Of a stretch of 64,000 bases of DNA, positions 22,815-36,187 are shown piece by piece. Location: contig NC_134025.1 in NCBI RefSeq assembly GCF_964204645.1, forward strand, positions 18,389,101 through 18,453,100. The letters run 5' to 3'. The translations under genes were made by a program, and so were the position numbers. The notes below the pieces were generated by a model. That model was not told the origin of the DNA. It did no database searches and was given only the letters and a program-made list of their open reading frames with translations. The stretch's first letter is position 1; every line of letters starts with the position of its first letter. The stretch is from Tubulanus polymorphus (taxonomy: Eukaryota > Animalia > Nemertea).

Positions 22815-23634
22815 TCGAGATTACATTTTTTGATATCTATATTACGAAGACCTTCAGTGTTATAATTTATAATTTTGTCCAGAATTCATTAATTACTGGA
22901 TTGTTTCCAATCATTCCTTCAATTTCTGGTAAATATCTGACTACTTCACTAAATGCTAATCCTAATATTTTGAATTTTTCACACCCCCAAGAAATCCCCG
23001 CAGTTTCTTTATCAAACATTGTAAGCCCTATATTCAGATAACCCCCGAAAATGATGTGGTCCCATAGGTGATTTGCTTTTCTATTTAATATAGTTTTATA
23101 ACTTTTTTTAAGATATCAGTAATTTCAGCAAATGAAATAACTTCTACACTTTGTATTTCTGGAAAGTTTAAATGTTCTGTGTCAATGATTAATTTAGATT
23201 TTAAAAACTCGTTCAATTCTTCTCCACTCATTTTCTTAGTTTTCGATTCTTTGAGTCCAAACAGCAATTTAAGTCGCGTTGCTGGTAATTTTGGTAATTG
23301 TAGTTCGCGCGGTAATTGTTTATTATGTATTACATCACTCAGAATTTTCACCATTTCTTGATGATAATCCAAATGTTCTTGTAATTTTTGTGAAGTTTGT
23401 TCGTCAATTACGAGAGTTTCATCCTCCATTTCTATTGATTCCTGAGTTTCACTATCCATCGTTTCTGGTTCCTCTTCCGATGGTTGACTTGGAATTTCTG
23501 GTCGATTTCTGTCGTGAAAATGAATTACTGTACTTAAATATGTTTAAAGGTTTCCCTACTTCATAATAACTACAAAAACGGTACTTACATTTAGATTTAG
23601 AACTGTAAACTGTATTTTGAGAGAGAATATCCAA
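22815..23634 (-). pseudogene. Disrupted hypothetical Polinton ORF
   Basis: ORFs 23452-23634 and 23085-23459; its 5' part is shared with ~39400-39850 and ~61800-62185 (gtacttacatttagatttagaa). Confidence 0.45.
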
Positions 23635-23857
23635 TACGTACTATGTATGTGAATGTTGATTTCTAACTGCCGACGTGGCGCACGTTCGACCAAACTAATT
23701 ATTTCTGCACGTTTGCCTGGATTGTAACAGATGTTCTTTATGATGAAGTTAATTAATTCTTTAGAATTGAAAACAAGATATATTTGGCGACAGATGTTTT
23801 AGTAAACAAGAGCTATGTATTATAGACATACAAAGCTCAAATAGAATTGCCGGCTTT

Positions 23858-24526
23858 CTAACCACTGATTAAAACCTCAGAATGCGGTTGATTCTGTGAA
23901 ATACTATTCCATAATTCAACAAATGTCTTTGCTTTAACCAGTTGATCTAAATATAACTGTAAATCTAGTTTATTAGATTTAGTTATGTTTTCCTTCATTT
24001 CTAAAGGTCTTAAATTTCTCCAGCTCCAGATTAGCTTCTTATTATAATCATCACTCATGTCAAATTTAGAAATCGGCAACACATGATCAATATGAAAGTA
24101 TTCACCATAATTATCTATATTCATTTTATCGTCGAATTGATATATTATCCATGATATGAAAAATTCATCTGAACAACCCAATAAATTAGATAGTGTTTCT
24201 AAATGCGTTCCTTTGTTAAATAATTGTGTTAATCTAGACCTTAAACATTGTTTCACTTTAAAATTAAAATCTGTTTGATATCTTCCTCTCATATATTCTG
24301 TCATATAATCATTGTAAGCTTCTCTATTATCTTCTCGATATTGTTTGGTATATGGTTTTGTACAAGTTTTACAGCAATATTGAAAACCATCTTTGCTAAT
24401 CTTACGCTTATTAAATTCTGTTATAGCTAATTTATCTAATTCACATTTAGAACACTTCTTGTAGTATATATTTATGACACCAGTGTTATTTGTAATATTG
24501 ATAGTTTGTGGTTGTTCTGATTCCAT
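23858..24526 (-). CDS. HNH-family endonuclease with N-terminal CxxC..CxxC zinc module (copy A)
   Basis: [17 protein letters not shown]; [29 protein letters not shown]. Confidence 0.85.
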   Translation of the reverse strand: MESEQPQTINITNNTGVINIYYKKCSKCELDKLAITEFNKRKISKDGFQYCCKTCTKPYTKQYREDNREAYNDYMTEYMRGRYQTDFNFKVKQCLRSRLTQLFNKGTHLETLSNLLGCSDEFFISWIIYQFDDKMNIDNYGEYFHIDHVLPISKFDMSDDYNKKLIWSWRNLRPLEMKENITKSNKLDLQLYLDQLVKAKTFVELWNSISQNQPHSEVLISG

Positions 24527-24586
24527 TTATTATACATATTTTTTTACTAAATTGATTTTAGAAGTTATTCATTTATATGTTATTCA

Positions 24587-25040
<454 letters not shown>

Positions 25041-25048
25041 AGTGAAAC

Positions 25049-25364
25049 TCATATAAAATGAAAAATAAATTCGAGTGTGCGACTTGAAAAACCAGAAATT
25101 TCGTAAAGAGTACTTTCAGCATTCACTTCGTATCGGTCGTATTCCTCGAATACTTTTTCTTCGATGTCTACTGCTGACAACAACAGAATAATTTCATCGT
25201 GGTTCGTTGACAACACATGCAATTTCGACCGCATTTTATCGGCTATATTCGACAGTTTTTGAACGTCTTCAGGGTTATTGATGAAAGAATCGCTTTTGCA
25301 TCATTTACGAACCTTGTCAAGACTTTGCGCTGAGCAGTAGCTTTCAAACTTTCCAAATCCGACA
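25049..25364 (-). pseudogene. Possible BEL/Pao LTR retrotransposon gag N-terminal fragment
   Basis: [59 protein letters not shown] resembles the helical N-terminus of BEL/Pao gag; weak. Confidence 0.4.
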
Positions 25365-25390
25365 TTTTTCCTTTTCTTTTGCTCGATTAC

Positions 25391-25636
<246 letters not shown>

Positions 25637-25689
25637 AGGAGCATGCCGGGAACCCGCGAAAAATTAAGCGGGAAACGACGTGATTGGAG

Positions 25690-26330
25690 GGAAAATTCCC
25701 GACAATGCGTGTGACGATTTCCTCCCGATTCAAAATCATTTTCAATCGGGAGCCGAACCGGGAACCGATCTGAACCCTAATGTCCATTGTGGAGTTTATA
25801 AAATTAACTGTTCTGATTGTAACCTTTTTTACATTGGGGAAACTGGTAGGAATATTAAGGAACGTATTAAAGAACATAAACGGGATGTATTTAATGGGGT
25901 CAAATTAGAAAGTGGGGTAGTTTCTCATTCTTTGGTTACCGGACACAATTTTGATTTTTCTGGAGCCAATACTATTTTTCCCAACAGTAATCGTGCTAAA
26001 CGACATGTAGTTGAACTGCTTTGATTACCACTCATTCCGATCGTTCGGTCAACCTCAATAATGGTTTCAGCCCCCATAATAAACTTCTTTCAATATACGT
26101 CAGTGCTCTAGTCCCCATAACGTAATGTGCAGCGATTCGTATCCTATTTCAGGTATTAATACTGTGTATGTATTTGGCAAGTTATTATAGACTGAAGAAG
26201 GGTGGTAGGGTGGTAGTAACCACCCGAAATATTTCTCCTATGTTTTAAATAAACATTTTATCATTTAATTCATTTATTGTGGGATTTTATTTGTATCGTT
26301 TTATCACGGATATTATGATCTGCAATTGAT
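25690..26330 (+). mobile_element. Penelope-like element 3' fragment (GIY-YIG domain and pLTR)
   Basis: CGVYKINCSDCNLFYIGETGRNIKERIKEHKR; similar to 42990-43436; hammerhead core and aaataaa downstream. Confidence 0.85.
26186..26242 (+). ncRNA. Minimal type I hammerhead ribozyme in Penelope pLTR
   Basis: CTGAAGA-A-gggtggt..accaccc-GAAA-tatttc; helix II stem and palindromic helix III. Confidence 0.65.
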
Positions 26331-26540
26331 TCAACAAGCACATGTGCGCGCTAGTACGCGAAGACTATGTATTATCGAAAAAAAATAATCATCATTTGTT
26401 CACCGTATTCACTGACCTACAGTGCTACTCACTTATATACGATTATCATGGCATATACAACGGTAGCAACACTTACAATGGCAAGAATGTATTTATTCAA
26501 ATCACTCCTAAAACGATAAAATACCACATGAAATGTCTAG

Positions 26541-26729
26541 TGACACGCGCCTGCTAACATAAACAATAACAGTGAGCACGTGCTGAAATTGCCGATTTAA
26601 AAGTGATATTTCTCAGTAATCGCTGATTAACTAAAATTCAAACCATTTCCATATTTGATATTTGTGAATACATCACATTTGAAAATGAATTTTACACAAT
26701 ATTCTATTTTGATGGCATTTGCCCTTTAA
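26541..26729 (-). mobile_element. Kolobok-like DNA transposon end fragment
   Basis: Ends in ..gccctTTAA; reverse complement matches 29918-30100. Confidence 0.55.
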
Positions 26730-27005
26730 TGTTCAGTTTAAACGTCTTGAACGTAAAAGTTTGACAAGTTTCGCTTATTGATACCGATACGCACGTTCAC
26801 GCGAGTGAAATGTGCACGTTACAGGCTCAAATGCGCACGTTAGAATTACAAATCGAAACGTTGTTCGTTCAAAACCCCAAGTGATAAATCTTTTGCATTT
26901 AGTGGGAAAGAATACCTAAGTTAGCTCGCTACCTACAATAAAAATCTTACAAGACTTTTCAAGTGACAAATTTAAGTATTAGAGCTAGTAGTACTAACAA
27001 AGGGT
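26730..27005 (-). repeat. Dispersed host repeat, inverted copy of 1812-2082
   Basis: Direct sequence comparison. Confidence 0.8.
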
Positions 27006-27009
27006 TCAG

Positions 27010-29867
27010 TGAATGATAAAAGAGATAAGTAGGGGGGTACTGGCCAAGATCACCACGAACAGCGGCGTTTAATGACCGCTGATTTACACGTAACAGGTAT
27101 TTGCCGAATCTAACGAATAGGTTTTGGAGTGTGGCAAGGGGAGTGTGGCAAATACTGTAAAAGTTTGAGGGTTCCATGTTAGTAACAGATGATGATCCCC
27201 AAATTTCGCAAAAGTAACTAATAATCGGGTGAATGAGCGAGTTGAAAAGCGTATAAGCTGTGCTTACGAAGCTGTGGTTACGTTATTTCTGATATCAATC
27301 GGTTTTAAATAGAGCCTTATTGGCATGTTCGTTCAATCGTTCACATGCATCTTTGAATTTTCCTGAAGGGGTGAAAATAATTCCTAAGTAACAATAATTT
27401 TTGACTATTTCGATTGGGGTGTTAGCAAAATAGAAGTTGTGTTTCTTTATAAGCCGGCCGCTTTTTGTGAAGATGATTATCTTTGTCTTTGCAAGGTTTA
27501 CGGTAAGACCCCATTCGAGGCAATATGTTTCTATGTTATCTAGAGCTGTTTGGAGACCCGTGGCTTATCTGCTTATAATGACGTGATCGTCAGCATATAA
27601 AAGACAGTTAATTTCAGCATCATGCAGGGTAACCGGGTCACACTTCTCGAATACATTGGGTAGATCACTGGTAAATAAATCAAATAGCAGTGGGCTGAGC
27701 CCGCAGCCTTGCTTCACACCCACATTTGATGGAAAAGGTTCACTGAGGGCTCCATTTGACTTTTAAACATTGTTCTCATTAGAGTAAATGCTTCGAATGA
27801 CAGATAGAAAGTTTCCACCGACTTCCAACTGGGAGAGTTTGTAGAGGAGAGCATGGCGTGGCACGGAATCAAAAGCAGATTAAAGGTCAACAAAGCAGAT
27901 GTAAAGGTTCTGCCTCGACAGCTTATTAACATATTTGTCAATAATTGCCTTGAGCGTTAGGATATGGTCAGCAGTGTGCATACCTTTTCTGAAACTCAAC
28001 TGAACTGTTTTCAAGAGAGAATTTATAGAGGCACTCATTGAGGATGCTGCAGAATGATTTACCAAGATTGCTGCCTATAGCAATGCCACGGTAATTTGAA
28101 CAGTTGTTTTTATCCCCCTTTTTAAAAACAGGATGGAGAATATTGCAACGCCAAGCTTTGGGGAAACATCCGGAGTTTAATATACTGTTAAAATAATTTA
28201 CATAGATGGGGCAAAAGTATAGTACCACTGTCCTTGATCATTTCATTCAAGATATTATCTATACCACAGGCTTTTCGGGATTTTATTTTTGTTTCACATT
28301 TCAAGGTTCCAGCGCAGGTAATTTTAAAGTTAAGTTCATTAAAGACTGATGGTATCCGCCGCTAAGGAGGGAGTTCAACTTAGTTTCAGAGGTTGTTCCG
28401 ATACGGGAGGAGTTAAGTAGTTTAGTCAAGTGGTCGATCTACTCGTCGGTAGTTATCCCGGATTTTGCAGTGGTTTTGTCTAAATTTCTTAGTTATCGAA
28501 AAGACCCAAGAACTCTCTCGGATCCCTGGTCCGGAGTTGGTCCATCTGGGTCAAGATATTTTGCCTCAAGGTTGACTTCTTGCGATTTAGCAGGGATTTA
28601 TATTTTTTCTTTTGCTGGTGGAAGTCACTATGTAGTGTACGGTTATAGGGGTCCTTACGTAATAGAGAGGCCAAACGTAGAATGTTTTTTTTAGTATTCT
28701 ACGCTCAGAATCGAACCATTTTTAGAGTTTTTACATGGCTTTTCTTTAGTACCTGTCAGGTTTTTTTTACCGAGTTTACGTTTGATTGATGCCTTAAAGC
28801 AGGCTTTGGAGTAAATTTTCTCAAGGGCTTCGATATTATCTGAGATACTGTTGATACTTTCTAAACCCTGTATGTCGTTTTGGATGTCATTAGAGCACAA
28901 CGCATCCATGTATTTCGTGTCATCCCCAGGTTGCCAAATAAATTTGTTGGAGCACACCTGAGGTGATGGGTGACAGATGTTCGTTTTGGGGCAACATAAT
29001 TTTATGCCATATTCACTGGTTATTACAGTAGACAAAACCCAGTGTATTGAATATATTAGGATTATTTACATTAAAAGTATCGATTATAGGGATCATATTC
29101 AAAGAACAGAGTAGAATTCAAAGAACAAAGAATAGAGTAGTCGATAACACTGGGGGAACCAGTGTGGCTGAAACAAGTATGGGCACCCATGATATCCCCG
29201 ATTGTCCTATCATTGAGTATCCGAAGCCCTGATGTTTTACATAAGTCTAACAGTTTTCGGCCATGGTGGTCGATAGTATGCAGGTCAGAGTTTGCTCTGC
29301 CTAGTGCGTCGTCTGCAAGGGGGTCAATGTAGTCAAAAACATCACAGCTTAATGGGACATTTTTACAGAAGTCCGGATCAGTGGATGTTTTGGCATTGAA
29401 ATAAACACAGATAAGGCAAAGGCTTCTGTTGAGTAAGTGGCGGTATCATTTTGTAAGAGCTCAAATATATCATCACCTAATTTAGAGACTGTGGATGACC
29501 GAGGGCATATGATTGAAAAAGGACTTGCCCAAGGAAGCCACATGTATTCGGTAGAGGAGACCGGCATAATTTTTATACCGTCTTTTAAGTAATCTTTGAT
29601 AAATACAGCAATGCCACCAAAATTGCGCGGGGCATTTTACTACGGGGACGCGCGGTTGTTTTTGAAAATGCAATAGCCATTTAAGTGCAGGACGTCCTTA
29701 TTAGAACAGTGTGTCTCTACTAACCCAAAAATATCGTATTTTCATAATATATTCTGTACATCATAGTTATCTAATTTACAGACACGTTGATTAGCGATTC
29801 GACTATGAATACCATCAACATTCCAAAAGCCTATTTAGATGTTGCTCTTAAGCTTGGGTGAACGCAT
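27010..29867 (-). pseudogene. LINE ORF2 (APE endonuclease and reverse transcriptase), many lesions
   Basis: GFWNVDG..GLVETH; NYRGIAIGSNLGK, LYICFVD..AFDSV, VGVKQGCGLSPLLF, LLYADD, NAAVRGDLGQYP. Confidence 0.88.
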
Positions 29868-29921
29868 AATTACGATAAAAGGTATCCAAAAATTGGACTT
29901 GAGGTTAAAATGGATCTTTAA

Positions 29922-30189
29922 AGAGCCGTCAAAATAGAATATTGTGTAAGATTCATTTTCATATGTGATGTATTCACAAATATCAAATATGGAATTGGTT
30001 TGAATTTCAGTTCAGCCATTACTGAGAAATATTACTTTTTAATCGGCAATTTCAGCACGTGCTCACTGTTATTGTTTATCCTAGCAGGTGCGTGTTTCTG
30101 ACGTCATCTCTGACAAACGCTCGCGGCTTTCAGTGACTCCATTTCCCGTATCATAAACACGCACTTGTTATGATCTGATGATGGCCCCT
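29922..30189 (+). mobile_element. Short Kolobok-like MITE inserted between LINE ORF1 and ORF2
   Basis: TTAA then agagccgtca at left; tgatggcccct then aaat at right; body matches 26541-26729 inverted. Confidence 0.55.
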
Positions 30190-31171
30190 AAATTATCGGG
30201 GTAAGAGATTCCATTGGAGCGGATTCTACTCTGCGTGTTATATGAGTATATGGTGGAACTGTAATGGTCATATCTTCAGCAAAATTGTCCGGCATCTCTA
30301 CACAGTTTTCACAAGTCAATCTACGGGTGCTGGATGAAAACACGTATAATTGGTATGTGGGCAAACGAGTACACTTGAAATGAGTCCATTTTTGACAAAC
30401 GGAGCACAGAATCATATCTTGTGTATCTTTAACTTGACACGAGCAGTTAACAGGGGCGACGGATACAACCGGTACATCCGGTATATTCTTCCTCGCACCT
30501 TCATTAGCAAGACGGTCAGCTATTTCATTGCCAGCGATGCCGGCGTGGCCCTTCGTATGTACCCATTTGACGTTAATATGTTTGCACGCCTCTTCAAGTT
30601 GAGTCCATAGATCAAAATGAGTGTCCCTTCTGGCTTTCCAATCGGCTAGGTGGCAAGTAATGCCATCTATCACATACATACTGTCAGTTTTGATGATAAC
30701 CGCATCTAATTTTTTATCGTGAGCCTGGTTTACAGCAGTTATAGCAGCAGTAAGTTTGGCGCGGTTGTTTGTAGGAGTAACACCATCATCTAACCTGGCA
30801 CTAACATTGAACATGGAGTCAGGACCCCAATATACGCCATACCCCCAGCAGCCTGGTCATTACCATTATCTATACATGCACCATCCCAGAAAACTTCAGG
30901 TGTGCCAACAGGAGTGCAGAAATCCTTTAGACTAATAGGTGCTTTTAAAGACCCCAAGGTGTCTAGCGTGTAAACATCAACAGCATCGTTGGCTATGCCA
31001 CCATGATTCAGAAAAGCACAGGCCTGTTCTTTAGTTGGTGAATTTCTTATGCTTCGCGCCGGAGTAGCCAGCCACAATATCTTTAGCCGACGCCCAGTCC
31101 GGGAAAATGCCCCTCATTCTCCCGGCAGCTATTGCATAACATGTCACGTTCTTGGTTTTGTTGGTCGCCAT
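30188..31171 (-). pseudogene. LINE ORF1-position protein: RNase H1 hybrid-binding domain, RNase H, PHD finger
   Basis: CYAIAAGRMRGIFPDW..VAGYSGAKHKKF; VFWDGACIDNG, TNNRAKL, IKTDSMY, KGHAGIAGNEIADRLA; CSC..MILCSVCQKWTHFKC..CENC; two frameshifts. Confidence 0.82.
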
Positions 31172-31610
31172 ATTTGATTTCGGAAGTATCAGACTTACGA
31201 ACTTTCTTTTTGTATAGTAGTACACAGCTCGTTGACTTTCAAAGGCAGTAGAGTGAAGTAGAATCTGCCCTACATGCAACTGAAGCTGGTATATGACTTC
31301 TTGATCTTCTGTAGTGTATATTATACGTTTCGAATAGAGTTTTATGCCATCATTTTATCGCAGCAGCAACAAGTTGGTGCTGCCATCTATCCAATCACAT
31401 CGTGCCAATCACAGCGCTTCTCTAACCGACACGCGGCTTCCTTGGATTTCCCGTATTAGTCAAGCGAACGAGGAAGTATTTCGCAAGTTGATATATGACG
31501 TAATGCAAAAGCGCCAGTAATGATTGAAATCGCGCGTCTTGAGGCCAGGGGAGCTGGTGGTGGAAGCGTGTTCGGGAGTCACCGGACCCCTGGCAAGTGA
31601 GGATGGATGT

Positions 31611-31925
31611 TTTTCGATATTTAGATATTAACATGTTGTCCTGGTTTGAATTTTGGTTCACCAAGATCATGTGTTACAAACGCACCATACAAATTATTCC
31701 AAACAACTTCTGAATTATCTATTTTTAGCTTGTATAGGTTTCGTGCCAATACTTGAATGTTAAGAATTATTATAACCTTTAACTAAATCTTATACATCGC
31801 TTTATTTATTTGTTTCATTGGCAGTAAAATATTTCCACATTCTTGTTTTCAATGTTTTATAAAATCTTTCTATAATAGATGCTTTTTTATCTGGGTGCTA
31901 GAAAAATATTCTACACCATTATCAG
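31611..31925 (-). pseudogene. Polinton integrase fragment
   Basis: Matches 20270-20590 (KASIIERF..RMWKYFTANE..VWNNLYGAFVTHDLGEPKF). Confidence 0.8.
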
Positions 31926-32227
31926 GATCGCCAAATCTCATAATTCCCCGAATTTCATAAAAATTCGATTTCAAATTTGCCATTCCACATTAGTTTATCC
32001 CAAAAATTCTACATTTTTTTCGCAGGCGTCAAATAATTTATTGAAATTAAAAATCTTGTTATTTTAATTTTATTTTAATTAAATTATATGTTATATGTAT
32101 AAGATACATATCAATACGTATCTAATACGTATCTGATACAATAATACTTGAGACCCCATTTAATTAATTATTATTTATACAATATATTTTAGATTTCAAT
32201 ATATTTTTATGTGAATCATATTATTAT

Positions 32228-32948
32228 TTAACCACTAAATAATGACTCAGTATACGGTTCATTATTTGGATTATTGTTCCATTGCTCAATAAATTTCTTT
32301 ACTTTTTCTAACAGGTTTATATATAATTGTTGATCTAGTTTGTTAGATTTACTCATATTTTCTTTCTTTTCGAGAGGCCTTAAATTTTTCCAACTCCAAA
32401 TTAACTTCTTATTATATTCATCATTCATATTAGATTTAGATATTGGTAACACGGGGTCGATATGAAAGTTATTACCGTATTTTCTGTCATTCATTTTATC
32501 ATCGATCTGATATATATAATCCATGATTTTAAAAATTCATCTGAAAAACCAAATAAATTAGATAGTGTAGCTGAATGTTTATCTTTATTGAATAATTGTC
32601 TTAACCTAGATCTTAAACATTGTTTCAATTTAAAATTAAAATTTGATAATATTTGTTATTATATTCTGTATTATCCGCTCGCCATTGTTTTTGATACTCT
32701 CGTACATGATCACAATTATCATCTCTCCATTGTTCTAGATATTCTTGAAAATAATTCATATTATCTTTTCGATATTGTTTATTATGTACCTTTTTGCAAT
32801 TTTTTCAATAATATTGCTTGCCATCTTTTCTAATCTTATGTTTACCAAATTCTGTTAACGATTTACTTAATTCACATTTAGAACATATCTTATATATATT
32901 AACAACACTATGTGTAATATCAATAGTTTGTGATTGTTCTGCCTCCAT
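32228..32948 (-). pseudogene. HNH endonuclease, disrupted (relic B')
   Basis: HIDPVLPISK..WKNLRPLEKKENMSKSNK; start MEAEQSQTI directly after the pPolB stop. Confidence 0.8.
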
Positions 32949-32983
32949 TTATTATACAAATTTTTACTAAAATTAAGTCATAA

Positions 32984-35900
32984 TTATTTACATGATAGAA
33001 TTCTGTTCATTATCTCATTTTCTTTATCTTCTTCCTTTTTGAATTTTAAGTATTCATCTAAATTACAACCATACGCAACTGTGTGCATACCATCGTCTAA
33101 TATATACCTTTTATCATCGGAAGGGTTCAAACTAACATTTCCTATCTCTTCAATAAACAATTTGTGGTCCTCTGACCTTAGATATTTCATTTTATTTTTC
33201 CTAACTTCTTCATTAAATATACAATTGATATAATCTTTAAAATGAATATTTTTTCCACTACACTTTTGGTTATTCCATTTAACCTTTTAGCTTCAGGATC
33301 TTTAGTTTTATAACTATGCATCTTCGATCTAATACCTATGAACTCTGTCATTTCTTTTCCACCTAATTCATCTTTAAATTTACATGGAACTTTTTATATT
33401 ATCATTGTTTAACAATTCATGATTTTTAGGATAGTTGCTGAAATCAAAATGATCTTTTAATCTGTTTAAATCATCTGTTATGTTTTATCTTTAATACGTA
33501 AGGATCTGTATTTTTTATGATTAATGGGTGCCACAATTAAATGTACCATCTTCTGCTGTTAAATCATAAACATAGTCATTTGGATTGGATTTTTCAAATA
33601 TATCTCTAACTTCTTCTGTTAGTTAATTTTCTACATGCGTTGATTGAAATACATGTGGTATCATTTCTAATATAAACTACCATATCAAATCCTGATGAAT
33701 TGCATAATATATTAAATCCTGATATAGCACCTTTTCCTTTTTGTACCAAAGATATAGTTTTTGTTTTTGTATATTCTTTTGAACCATCTGCAGCATAGAA
33801 CCCAATTAAGAACCATTTTCTTAAAATTTATTTTGCATTTAATATATAATCTGGCACTATTGTTTCTTTGGTAGAAGTATTACTTTTAACTATTGCATGA
33901 ATATAGAATTCATCATTATATTTTAAAGCAAAATCTTTAGGATTATTTACATCTATTCCATAAACCTTTGTAAATTTCATAAAATCTATGATTCTAAAAA
34001 CTTTATGCGAATAAACTTCTTCACAGTTATTTTTAATTCTTTCTAATAATTTCAAATCTTGATTACATAAATACGACTAATATTTATTGCCTCCAACGTA
34101 TTTATAAACCCCGGCAGAACCATCACACATAAAAATCCTTTAATGAAATAGTTTTTCTTCTAATGTTTCTGGTTCTACGTTATAGATATTATTGATTATT
34201 TCATCAAATGACATATGATTCATTCTTTGAAAAAATCTCTTATGTAATAATTCATCCCCAATTTTTATATCAGTTGGTTTGATTTATATCACCATTTTTT
34301 TTATCAAACTATGATCTTCGGTAACATCTACGTACCCTAATTTAGTTCTAACTCTATAAATCTTTTTATTTGTTTTACGTATAATAATATTTTTTAATTT
34401 TGTCCATCCATTCTTTGTCCTAAAATCCATTAATTGTTTTCCATTTATTTGTATTAATTCCTTTTCACCATATGAAATATTAAGTTCATTTTGTTTACGT
34501 ATTATTGCGGAGAATCTTCTTATTAATATTTCTTTATTATATTTCAATAATATTGGGGTGTCTGCTGTTACAGAATCAAAATATAAGATTTTTATATGCT
34601 TTTCTCCAAAAAGTGGTTGTAAAACATTATAATAAAATTAATAAATTAATAATTTTGATATTTCTAAGACCGCTGTTCCGACATAAATTGATTTATTAGA
34701 ATTCATAGACGTTCTACGTAGTTTTACAGCAGCTAAAATTTTATCAAATATTCTGTTACCTATGAACTTAGGATATGATTGTAAATATCTTATTCTTTAA
34801 CCATTACTAACTAACTCAATATCATTTCAATTCCTAATATTTTCACACGTCTTACCATAGAATGCATTATTCATTATCTTGAAGAAATCTTTCTCAAAAT
34901 CAGTTTTTAGCTTTAGTTCATTGCGTAGTATAAAAATCTATATATTTTTGTAACCATTTAGATTGAATGACATATATTACATTATATGTACTTTTTAAGA
35001 TATCATTCCTTGTTGCATATTTTGTGTTAGTATTAATTTTTCTGTATTTTGGTAATTTGATAATTCTTCATGTGTAACAGTTTTATTTTCTGGACAGTAT
35101 GCTAGATTATTTGATTTAAATTTAATATGTTCAGGGTATTCTAAGTCCGCAACAAAGAAGTATCCAGGATCTGAATCATCTGCAATATCTAGAATTTGTT
35201 TCTTCCAATCAAATTTATCAACATTTTCATCTTGTAAAACTTCAGTTATTTCAAATACTTCATAAGGCTGTGGTTCCATCATTGCCCAACTATATAGATT
35301 ATTTGCATTTATACATAATAATTTGTAACAAGGATAATCATTTATATTAAAACAGCTATCACCTAATACACCTGAAACGCCTCCTCTTGTAGATTTTTCA
35401 AATAATAATAACTGATCTATATTTGTTAATAAATCCATTCTTATTCCTGTAAATTTTAACCCGCAGTCCCATCTTAAACCAGGACTTGAATAACAGTGGC
35501 AAGGATCGGTATTAAAATATTTTAGATTTTCATCTCTAAATCTTTCAAATATATCAGTTGATAATAATACATCTGATTTTAAATATAGTTCAAATAGTTC
35601 ACCATGATTTTTTATTTTAAAATGATACCATATTTTTATTGTTCTATTATATTCTTCATCTTTTACATATTCGAATCTTCATACATCCTAACATTGTTCC
35701 TTTGTAACCTCAGTTACATTAAAATCATTATGATTTTTATAAAAAGAATATGGTATGGCACCTTTATATCTTATTAATTGAAAATCATTATCTTTTGGAT
35801 AGTTTTGTTTCATAATTTGTATTTCGTCATCGATTATACTTTTGGATAAATTATCTAATGATCTATTTAAAAATCTATATGAGTCTATAAATCGTAAACA

Positions 35901-36166
35901 TCCAAATTGGAAAGATATATTGTTTTCAGATGTTTTAGCTAACATTTTTAATGTATAAGTTGGTATTTTTTTATTTTTATTTTTTGAATTTAATATTTCT
36001 ATTTCATTATTATAATTTCGTCTATTTTATGACATAGCCGTTTAATAGATAAATGAGCATCATACCCTAATAAATTATGAAATATAACTGGAACAAAATT
36101 AATTTTCTTAGCTTGCAAGTTACAATTCTCATGTGCTGCGCCTCTTAACTTTCCTTTCAAGTGATC
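32984..36166 (-). pseudogene. polB: Protein-primed PolB containing an intein, degenerate (relic B')
   Basis: RGAAHENCNLQAKK, FIDSYRFL, CINANNLYSWAM, KIMNNAFYGKT; YFD and TDP separated by 1065 bp. Confidence 0.9.
33510..34574 (-). mobile_element. Intein with LAGLIDADG homing endonuclease in pPolB motif C (degenerate)
   Basis: Block A SVTADTPILL; block B RVRTKLGYVDVTEDHSL; endonuclease motifs GFFMCDGSAG and WFLIGFYAADGSK; blocks F/G DYVYDLTAEDGTFNCG..PLIIKN followed by T. Confidence 0.9.
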
Positions 36167-36187
36167 AAATGATTCAAATTATTTTCA

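Larger units (their letters stand above)
27010..31420 (-). mobile_element. Degenerate non-LTR retrotransposon (RTEX/L2/Crack-like), 3'-truncated
   Basis: ORF1 region 30188-31171 followed by ORF2 with endonuclease and RT on the same strand; ends approximate. Confidence 0.8.
31611..36170 (-). mobile_element. Degenerate Polinton relic B' (pPolB with intein, HNH, integrase fragment)
   Basis: Homology to copy C genes on the minus strand, different gene order, many frameshifts. Confidence 0.85.
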
